Source: an uncultured Nitrososphaerota archaeon
GTDB lineage: Archaea > Thermoproteota > Nitrososphaeria > Conexivisphaerales > DTJL01
Assembly (NCBI GenBank): GCA_963842885.1
Contig: CAWJIE010000005.1
Coordinates: 448,001 to 512,000, forward strand
Direction: 5' to 3'
DNA: 64,000 nt
Position 1 is the first letter of the stretch. Each line of letters begins with the position of its first letter. The notes under the pieces are model-generated. The model searched no databases. It saw only the letters and a program-made list of their open reading frames with translations, and was not told the origin of the DNA. The position numbers and the translations under genes are program-made. Of the stretch, positions 57,478 to 64,000 are shown in pieces.

Positions 57478-58401
57478 TTGGAGAAGCTGAGACTGCCGAC
57501 GGTCGTGGCGCGCAGGCGCAAGGTTGTCAACCTAATCTTCTCGGCTCTGGTGATTCTGGCAGTGCTCGTCGCGATGATCCCCCTGATCTTCATATTGGGC
57601 GAAGTGGTCGCGAGGGGTGCGCCGGTCATCTCTTGGAAGTTCCTGACGAGCCTTCCCACGCCCCCGGAAATCCCCGGTGGCGGGATAGCTAATGCCTTGC
57701 TGGGGACCTTCACCATGGTGGGGACAGCGACACTCATCTCTGTCCCTCTAGGCGTCGGCGCGGGCATCTTCTTCTCTGAGTGGCCCGAGTCCAGGCTCTC
57801 CTTCCTCTCGAGCTTCCTGAACGATGTGCTGGCCGAATTCCCCTCCATAGTGATCGGGATATTCGTCTACGTCGTCGTTGTCCTCACGACCAAGACCTTC
57901 TCCGCGCTGGCCGGCGCCTTAGCCCTTGCAATCATCATGACCCCCATAATCGCGCGGACCACGGAGGAATCCTTGAAACTGGTCCCCAGGACCCTCAGGG
58001 AGGGCTCCATGGCGTTAGGCGTGTCAAGGGCCAGGACCATCATCGGCGTGGTCATCAGCACGGGCAGGGCCGGCCTTGCCACGGGCATCCTGCTAGCCAT
58101 CGCCCGCGCTACGGGAGAGACAGCCCCACTGATACTCACCACCCTTGGGAGCACTTACTACGCCACCAGCCTCATGCAGCCCACTGCCGCACTCCCCCTC
58201 CTGATCTACACGTATGCCATCTCGCCGTTTCGGGACTGGCAGGCCGACGCTTGGGGGGCTGCCCTGATTCTGGTACTGCTGATGCTCGCCCTCAATCTAC
58301 TGACCAAGCTCACCATAGGGAGGAAGTTTGCAGGGGTGAGGGCGGAGATATCAGGTGACGATCATGGAAATGCAGAAAGAGGAGGAGGCTCGACCGGTTG
58401 A
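57478..58401 (+). CDS. pstA: Phosphate ABC transporter permease (stop probably near 58355, lost to an indel)
   Basis: PSIVIG, LREGS-x-[13 protein letters not shown]. Confidence 0.92.
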   Translation: MEKLRLPTVVARRRKVVNLIFSALVILAVLVAMIPLIFILGEVVARGAPVISWKFLTSLPTPPEIPGGGIANALLGTFTMVGTATLISVPLGVGAGIFFSEWPESRLSFLSSFLNDVLAEFPSIVIGIFVYVVVVLTTKTFSALAGALALAIIMTPIIARTTEESLKLVPRTLREGSMALGVSRARTIIGVVISTGRAGLATGILLAIARATGETAPLILTTLGSTYYATSLMQPTAALPLLIYTYAISPFRDWQADAWGAALILVLLMLALNLLTKLTIGRKFAGVRAEISGDDHGNAERGGGSTG

Positions 58402-59200
58402 AGAGAAGGTCGAAATGGGCATCTCGCCTGAGCTTGAAGAGGGAGTTGCGAAGCTCGAAACGAGGAACCTGAGGGCCGGATTTGGAAACTCAGAGGTGTT
58501 GAAGGGCATCAGCCTGAGGTTCAGGGAGAAGAGCATAACCGCCATCATGGGCCCATCCGGCTGCGGAAAGACCACGTTCATCAGATGCCTGAACAGGATA
58601 CATGAACTCACCCCAGGCGCCACTACGTCTGGTCAGGTGCTCCTCGACGGGGAGGACATCTACGCGCCGAACGTGGATTCGGTGGCGATCCGGCGTAAGA
58701 TAGGGATGATCTTCCAGAAGCCCAACCCGTTCCCTATGATGTCCATCTACGACAACGCCGCGGCCGGCCTCAAGTTGAACGGCATCAGGGACAGGAAAGT
58801 GCTCGACGAGGTGGTCGAGCGCAGCTTGAAGATGGCCTTCCTTTGGGACGAGGTCAAGGGGGACCTGAAGAAGTCCGGGGCGGCGCTTTCAGGGGGGCAG
58901 CAGCAGAGGCTCTGCATCGCCAGGGCGCTGGCGGTCCAGCCCGAAGTCCTCCTCATGGACGAGCCGGCATCCGCGTTGGATCCCACGGCCACCGCGAAGA
59001 TCGAGGAGGCGATGGCGGAGCTGAAGAAGGACTACACCATCGTCATAGTGACCCACAACCTCCAGCAGGCGGCCAGGGTCTCCGACTACACCGCCTTCTT
59101 CTACCTCGGCGAGCTCATCGAGTACGGTGTTACGACTAGGCTCTTTGAGAACCCCGTGGAGCAGCTCACCGAGAGGTACATCACGGGCAAGTTCGGGTAA
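58355..59200 (+). CDS. pstB: Phosphate ABC transporter ATP-binding protein
   Basis: [39 protein letters not shown]. Confidence 0.95.
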   Translation: MTIMEMQKEEEARPVEEKVEMGISPELEEGVAKLETRNLRAGFGNSEVLKGISLRFREKSITAIMGPSGCGKTTFIRCLNRIHELTPGATTSGQVLLDGEDIYAPNVDSVAIRRKIGMIFQKPNPFPMMSIYDNAAAGLKLNGIRDRKVLDEVVERSLKMAFLWDEVKGDLKKSGAALSGGQQQRLCIARALAVQPEVLLMDEPASALDPTATAKIEEAMAELKKDYTIVIVTHNLQQAARVSDYTAFFYLGELIEYGVTTRLFENPVEQLTERYITGKFG

Positions 59201-59203
59201 TCA

Positions 59204-59843
59204 ATGTTGACAAGGCTAATAGATCCAGGACTGGAAAGGCTCAGAAACATGCTGAGGGAGATGGCCTCTCTTTCCGAGCGGTCAGTCGAGACTGCCATCA
59301 AGGCCTACACCGAAAGCAAAGCCGTGACGGAGGAGATCTTCGGCTGGTCGGAGCAGCTGAACATACTCCACGGTCAGGCCAGCGACCTCGCAGTCGAGCT
59401 GATCGCGCGGTACCAGCCGCTCGCGGGAGATCTCCGTTATGTCGAATCCTGTTTCGAAATCTCCTACGGCTTCTCCAGGCTGGGAAGGTACGCCTACGAC
59501 GTCGCGCAGATCATCGACGCCTTCGGAGACCTCTCGGATTGTGATAGCGGCGAAGTGGCTCAGATGGGGGAGAAGGTGAAGAAGATGATCTACACCGGCG
59601 TGGAGGCGTTCTTCAGCGGGGACACCACAGCCGCCCTTGGATTAAAGCAAATGGATGACGAGGTCGATGAAGCGTACAGGCAACATATCCGCAGGATCGC
59701 CGCCAACAAGAAGGGGAACCCCCGATGCATCGTCGCTGTAACGCCTAGCCATAAGGTACCTTGAAAGAATGGCCGACCACGCCTGCTACATCGGCGACAC
59801 TGTCGTCTATGTGGCCAGCGGCACTAGGACCTCCCTTCGCTAA
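59204..59843 (+). CDS. phoU: PhoU, frameshift near 59745
   Basis: ELIARYQP-x-A-x-DLR, DDEVD; C-terminal YLERMADHACYIG continues in the alternate frame to TAA 59843. Confidence 0.88.
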
Positions 59844-59870
59844 GGAGCCCCGGTTACGCAGTGGCGCCAG

Positions 59871-61127
59871 TTAATGGAAGAGCACCGGCACCAAGGTAAG
59901 GTAGGCCGCGCTGACTATGGCCGTCGTGATGACCCCAGCGACGTTGGGGCCCATGGCGAAGAGCACTATGTAGTTCTTCTTGTTGAGCTTACTGGCATTA
60001 AGCTGGGCTATCTTTGCGCTCGTGGGGACGCAGGACACGGCAGCCGAACCCAGGAGAGGGTTGACCTTCCCCTTAGTGTAGTAGTAGGCGATGATCCCGC
60101 CGATGTTGCCACCTATGGCCGACAGCATGAGGGCGGTGATGCCGAGTATCAGAATTAGGTAGATCCTGGAGTCCAGCACGGTCGTCGGAGTCAGGAGCAT
60201 CCCTAAGACGAATCCTAGGAAGAGGGTGGAGACGCTGAGGATGGTCTCGTCGGCGAGCTTCTTGAAACGTTCGACGCCGCTCTCCTTGATCGCGTTGCCC
60301 AGGAAGAAGGCAGCGAACAGAGGTGACGCGACGGGGAAGAGAAGGCTCAGCACTGTGCCCACTATGACCGCGAACAGGAACTTCTCCTGCTGCGAGATCT
60401 TGGGCAGCTGCCTGGAATCCATGAAAGTGGCCCTCAGCTTCTCCGGTATCGTCAGCTCGTTGAGCTTTCCCTGGAAGAGGTAGAGGATTGAAAGGTAGAT
60501 GTAGGCCACGACCGTAATCGGGACGAAGATATCCCTGGCCAGCGAGAGGGAGGTGAAAAGGACCATGGGCCCGTCAGCGCCTCCCACCATTGCTACCGAA
60601 GCAGCCTGACCAGGGTTGAGCCCTGCAGCTATGGCGATGGGGAAGGTCAGGACCGTGCCCAGCTCGGCGAAGGCGGCGAGGATCATCGAAGTGAACGGCC
60701 TGGCGATGAGGAAGTCGAGGTCAGTGATGGCACCGATGCCGAGGAATACAAGACATGCTATGAGGCCGTTCGTGAACGTCAGAGAGTAGATGGGCTGCAG
60801 CCATAACATCGAGTTGGCCTGGCTCGTCTCAAACGTCGCGTTGACGTAGTCCGTAGCGTTCGCCCCTGCAAGAGGGTTGACATGGGGGTTAGATATGCCA
60901 GCGAGGAGCGGCGGAAGAGGGTTGATGAAGAAGATGGCCGTGTTAACGAAAAGGAGGCCGATCCCCATGGGTATCATGATGAGGGGCTCGGTTATCCGCT
61001 TGTAGCCGGTCCAGACCATGAAGGCCCCCACGGCGATGAGCACGATCCTCACCAGAGAGAACTCAAGCGTGGTCTGGAAGAAGGATAGAAGGCCCGGGAA
61101 GAAATTGGCCGGGTTGATGGCTACCAA
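59871..61127 (-). CDS. Na+-translocating decarboxylase beta subunit (OadB/MmdB)
   Basis: EPL-x2-P, FLGIGA-x-TD, GGADGP, NPL-x-G-x-A-x-VS-x-VP, AMGPNVAGVI. Confidence 0.92.
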   Translation of the reverse strand: MVAINPANFFPGLLSFFQTTLEFSLVRIVLIAVGAFMVWTGYKRITEPLIMIPMGIGLLFVNTAIFFINPLPPLLAGISNPHVNPLAGANATDYVNATFETSQANSMLWLQPIYSLTFTNGLIACLVFLGIGAITDLDFLIARPFTSMILAAFAELGTVLTFPIAIAAGLNPGQAASVAMVGGADGPMVLFTSLSLARDIFVPITVVAYIYLSILYLFQGKLNELTIPEKLRATFMDSRQLPKISQQEKFLFAVIVGTVLSLLFPVASPLFAAFFLGNAIKESGVERFKKLADETILSVSTLFLGFVLGMLLTPTTVLDSRIYLILILGITALMLSAIGGNIGGIIAYYYTKGKVNPLLGSAAVSCVPTSAKIAQLNASKLNKKNYIVLFAMGPNVAGVITTAIVSAAYLTLVPVLFH

Positions 61128-61133
61128 GGCCTG

Positions 61134-61268
61134 TCACTTCTTCTCCGGCTGCTTTCCGCCCACGACTCTGTGGATGATCCTGATGACCACGGCCACAACG
61201 GCAGACATCGCAAAGAGGATGATGAAGATCAGGCCCGAGGTGTAAAGGGCCATCCCCAGATTGTCCAA
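61134..61268 (-). CDS. OadG/MmdD-like single-TM decarboxylase subunit
   Basis: 44 aa, one TM (G-x4-F...V-x2-I-x2-I), located between the biotin carrier and the beta subunit. Confidence 0.7.
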   Translation of the reverse strand: MDNLGMALYTSGLIFIILFAMSAVVAVVIRIIHRVVGGKQPEKK

Positions 61269-61278
61269 GTCCCATCGC

Positions 61279-61494
61279 CTACTCGATTTTCGCGAGGACC
61301 CTGTCCTGCTCCGCGAAGTCGCCGGCCTTGACAAGGATCTCCTTGACGACGCCTGCGGAGTCGGGGAAGACGTCTATCTCCATCTTCATGGATTCGAGGG
61401 TAACGACGGATGTGTCCGCCGTCACCTGGTCTCCGACTTTGCAGTTTATGCGAATAACCTTGCCAGGAATGGGCGCAACGACATCGACAATCAT
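61279..61494 (-). CDS. Biotin carboxyl carrier protein (MmdC-like)
   Basis: AP-x-PG...LESMKME biotinylation motif. Confidence 0.92.
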   Translation of the reverse strand: MIVDVVAPIPGKVIRINCKVGDQVTADTSVVTLESMKMEIDVFPDSAGVVKEILVKAGDFAEQDRVLAKIE

Positions 61495-61540
61495 TACGTT
61501 CGTGGTTGAAATTGCAGACGTATTTAAGCATAACTTGGGC

Positions 61541-61840
61541 CTACCTGCGTTTCATCTGCCAGGTCGCGACGAACACTGCGACGACTAACAGGCCGAAGGA
61601 TGCGAAGAACAGGTAGTCCCTGTCGAGACCCGTTAAGACCAGCACAAGATAGTATACAACCACGGGTGTAAAGAAGGCCAGCGACCTAGCGGCACCCAGC
61701 CTGGCGAGGTAGAAGCCCAGGAGGACGCCCGCCACGCCGATAAAAAGCTGCGCTGCCAGCCTGACATTATATTCCATCGGGATGTACTGAATGGCGAAGA
61801 TGTATAGAAAGAGGAGGGCCGCAAGGATGCTGTTGTTCAA
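61541..61840 (-). CDS. Small membrane protein (about 4 TM), unknown function
   Basis: 99 aa hydrophobic ORF with upstream TTAT box. Confidence 0.6.
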   Translation of the reverse strand: MNNSILAALLFLYIFAIQYIPMEYNVRLAAQLFIGVAGVLLGFYLARLGAARSLAFFTPVVVYYLVLVLTGLDRDYLFFASFGLLVVAVFVATWQMKRR

Positions 61841-61934
61841 CGAATCCTGCCATCAATGCGCTCGGCTCATAAGGTTTGCCGGCGGACGCGGAACTCCAGG
61901 CCCGACCGTGGCCGGTGAAGGCGGAAAGAGGACT

Positions 61935-61958
61935 GAGAGGCGGAAGCCTCCGCCTCTC
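61935..61958 (-). terminator. 10-bp GC hairpin just downstream of the GNAT-like gene
   Basis: GAGAGGCGGA-agcc-TCCGCCTCTC. Confidence 0.45.
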
Positions 61959-61966
61959 CGGCAGAC

Positions 61967-62695
61967 CTATATCTCGACCTTTTCAGGGACCTTGAATGTC
62001 TCGGCGGACGCGAGCACGTCAGTGGGCACGGGGCGCAATCCCAGCCTTTCGGAGAAGAGAGGCTTTACGAAACGCTCCCAGTCGTCCTTTGTGTTGAAGT
62101 ATATCCTAGAGCCTCCCAGCTCGTGCTGCATCTGGGGGAACGGCTTCTCGTGCTGCGCCAGCTTCAACCCCCAGTAGCGGAAGCCTGTATAGCTTTCGTA
62201 GCAGGCGTACCATTCGTTGACCCCCATGAAGTCGAACGCGTACTCCATCTTGGCCACGTACATGAGCGCGCCGATGCCAGCCCCCCTCTTGAATGCCAGG
62301 GTGTGGAGGCTGATCGCGGTCTTGTCGTCCCAAAGCCTGAAGTTGGCTATCGCCGCCAGCTGGCCGTTCAGGATGCCGAGGAGGGCGACATGGTCTTTCA
62401 CGCGGCTCCTGTACCACCCCACGAATTCTGCGTAGACCCTCGGCGCAACGACGTCATAGAAATCGATGGACTTGTCGAAGAGCTTGAGGCAGGTTTGCAT
62501 GACGAGTGGTGCCTCCTCCTTCTTTGCCCTTCTGACGACCAGCTTGTCGCCCGTCGGAAGCGTCAGATACCTGGCGGGGTACTCCTTCTGCAGGAGCGGC
62601 GATTCGAGGCCGCGCAGGATGGGCTCTAGGTCCTCGACGTTGATCTCTACCTTGTTTAGCGTGACGTTCTCCGGAGGTGTCCATTTTGAAGACAT
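61967..62695 (-). CDS. Uncharacterised GNAT-like protein, paralog of 35520..36257
   Basis: VEDLEPILR, DFYDVV, SLHTL-x3-RG-x-GIG (acyl-CoA motif A-like), ESYTGFR, QHELGG. Confidence 0.78.
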   Translation of the reverse strand: MSSKWTPPENVTLNKVEINVEDLEPILRGLESPLLQKEYPARYLTLPTGDKLVVRRAKKEEAPLVMQTCLKLFDKSIDFYDVVAPRVYAEFVGWYRSRVKDHVALLGILNGQLAAIANFRLWDDKTAISLHTLAFKRGAGIGALMYVAKMEYAFDFMGVNEWYACYESYTGFRYWGLKLAQHEKPFPQMQHELGGSRIYFNTKDDWERFVKPLFSERLGLRPVPTDVLASAETFKVPEKVEI

Positions 62696-62797
62696 AACGC
62701 TACATTAGCCGCGAGTTGGCTATAAAACCTTCTCGTCCAAGCTGACCAGGAAGGAATCATCGTCAGACGGACAGGCATCGGGTCACGTCGAGGCCCT

Positions 62798-63097
62798 TCA
62801 GCCGCCGCCCTCGGTCTGCAAGATGTCAATGTTGTCTATCACTATGTCGTTATTACCGTAGAGCATGGTCTTGAGGCCATGGAGGAGGCGTATGCTGTGG
62901 CCATTGACCAGCATGACGAAGGAGGGTCGGATCTCCCTTGTGCCGGGGTCGAAGAAAAACTCGGAGAGCTTGTTGCCGCTCTTCGCGTTCAAGATGTCCA
63001 CCAACTCCTCCACCGTCCCGACGTCTTCCTCAACGGTTATCTCGGGAGTGTCGAGGTAGTCCCTGATGCGGCCGTAAAGCTTGACCGTGATGCCCAA
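62798..63097 (-). CDS. MoaD/SAMP ubiquitin-like protein
   Basis: ITVKLYG-x2-RD, TVEEL, LVNG, C-terminal GGG. Confidence 0.82.
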   Translation of the reverse strand: MGITVKLYGRIRDYLDTPEITVEEDVGTVEELVDILNAKSGNKLSEFFFDPGTREIRPSFVMLVNGHSIRLLHGLKTMLYGNNDIVIDNIDILQTEGGG

Positions 63098-63155
63098 CGC
63101 GATTCCTGCTCTCGCGCCATGACAAGAGACACTAATAAACGCAGCATGAAACCCC

Positions 63156-64000
63156 TCACCAGCCCAGGCCGACCGGGGTCCGAAGATGGATCACGTCCCC
63201 ACTGTGCACCTTCACCGTCCTTCCCTCAGACTCGACTTCGAGTGCACCTCTATCATCAATGCCCGTCGCCCTCCCTTCCAGCACTTTGTCGGAATACAAA
63301 ACGCGGACTCTCTCTCCGATTGTCGCGCAGCCTGCGCGATACTCTTCGATGATGCCGCTGTATCCATCCCTCTTCGACTTCGCGTATCTCGAGTCGATCC
63401 CTCTCAGTATGGTGACAAGAAGGTCGCTCCTGTTCACCATCGCCCCCGAGGCCTCCTTCAACGAAGCGGCCCCATAGCCCCGTCCGTCGACGGAACTCAC
63501 GTCGTTATTCACGTTGACACCTATCCCAAGCAAAACATAGCGGATTTCGTCGACGGTGGCGGCTATCTCGGCAAGCACCCCGCACACCTTCTTCGCTTGC
63601 ACGAACACGTCGTTGGGCCATTTGAGCCATGCGTTCGCACCTACCAGAGGCCCGATGGATTCCCTCACGCTCAACGAAGCCATGTAGCTGAAGACCTGGA
63701 TGAAGTCGGGCGACGCCGTCGGCTTCAGCGCTACGGTGAACCATAGGCCTCCCCTGTCCGACACCCACGGTCGCCCCAGCCTTCCCCTTCCCGCCGACTG
63801 GCTCTCCGCTACGACGACAAGACCGTCTTGGAGACCGTCGTCGGCGAAAGTGCGAGCAAGCGCCTGCGTGGATCCTATGCTATCCCTGTAGACTATGGCA
63901 TGCCCGACGACACACCCTTCGAGCGAAGGAATCAGTTCCCCGGGGTTGAGGAGATCGGCCGGCTCCACGAGGAAGTATCCCTTCCTCGTGGCGGTGATGC
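63156..64000 (-). CDS. birA: Biotin-protein ligase (5'-truncated by the window edge; probably has an N-terminal HTH)
   Basis: ST, QSAGRGRLGRPW-x-S, KWPND, KKVCGVL, GIGVNVN. Frame stays open to the window end (RKGYFL). Confidence 0.92.
   Translation of the reverse strand, partial: ITATRKGYFLVEPADLLNPGELIPSLEGCVVGHAIVYRDSIGSTQALARTFADDGLQDGLVVVAESQSAGRGRLGRPWVSDRGGLWFTVALKPTASPDFIQVFSYMASLSVRESIGPLVGANAWLKWPNDVFVQAKKVCGVLAEIAATVDEIRYVLLGIGVNVNNDVSSVDGRGYGAASLKEASGAMVNRSDLLVTILRGIDSRYAKSKRDGYSGIIEEYRAGCATIGERVRVLYSDKVLEGRATGIDDRGALEVESEGRTVKVHSGDVIHLRTPVGLGW

Noticed and set aside
2-59843. Many split genes (rhodanese, XDH FAD subunit, PINA, THUMP methylase, nitroreductase, nucleotidyltransferase, MCM, carboxyltransferase, pstA, phoU) as programmed frameshifting or mass pseudogenisation
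   Set aside because: The breaks are scattered single-base indels in otherwise intact conserved genes with no common slippery motif, which is typical of unpolished long-read error. Short-read mapping would confirm.

Overview
Archaeal chromosomal window, GC-rich with C-ending codons and TATA-box promoters. Arcadin-1, Lhr, PINA ATPase, zinc-containing ferredoxin and an SMC5/6-like operon suggest a TACK archaeon, possibly a non-ammonia-oxidising Nitrososphaerota (inference). About a dozen conserved genes are split by 1-bp indels, most likely long-read errors. Content includes housekeeping genes (moeA, sua5, thyX, cyoE, THUMP methyltransferase, lhr), two xanthine-dehydrogenase-family molybdoenzyme operons, an AllFGH(FdrA/YlbE/YlbF)-cyclase-NCS1 N-heterocycle catabolic cluster, methylmalonyl-CoA mutase/epimerase with a dispersed Na+-pumping biotin decarboxylase, and a pst operon. 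The strongest unexplained signal is non-coding. The polar 12-mer GTGCTTCCTAGT occurs five times, once inside a CDS. Each copy is preceded on its own strand by a C-depleted, G/T-rich tract that even shifts synonymous codons. The copies converge on a 443-bp segment encoding a small zinc-finger protein that has a paralog at 1.6 kb, and one copy lies just upstream of the SMC-kleisin-kite operon. Also seen: an iteron-like GCCGTAA array at 48.9-49.3 kb, a box C/D sRNA and a shared Lrp-type operator. All calls come from reading the sequence; no database searches were run.
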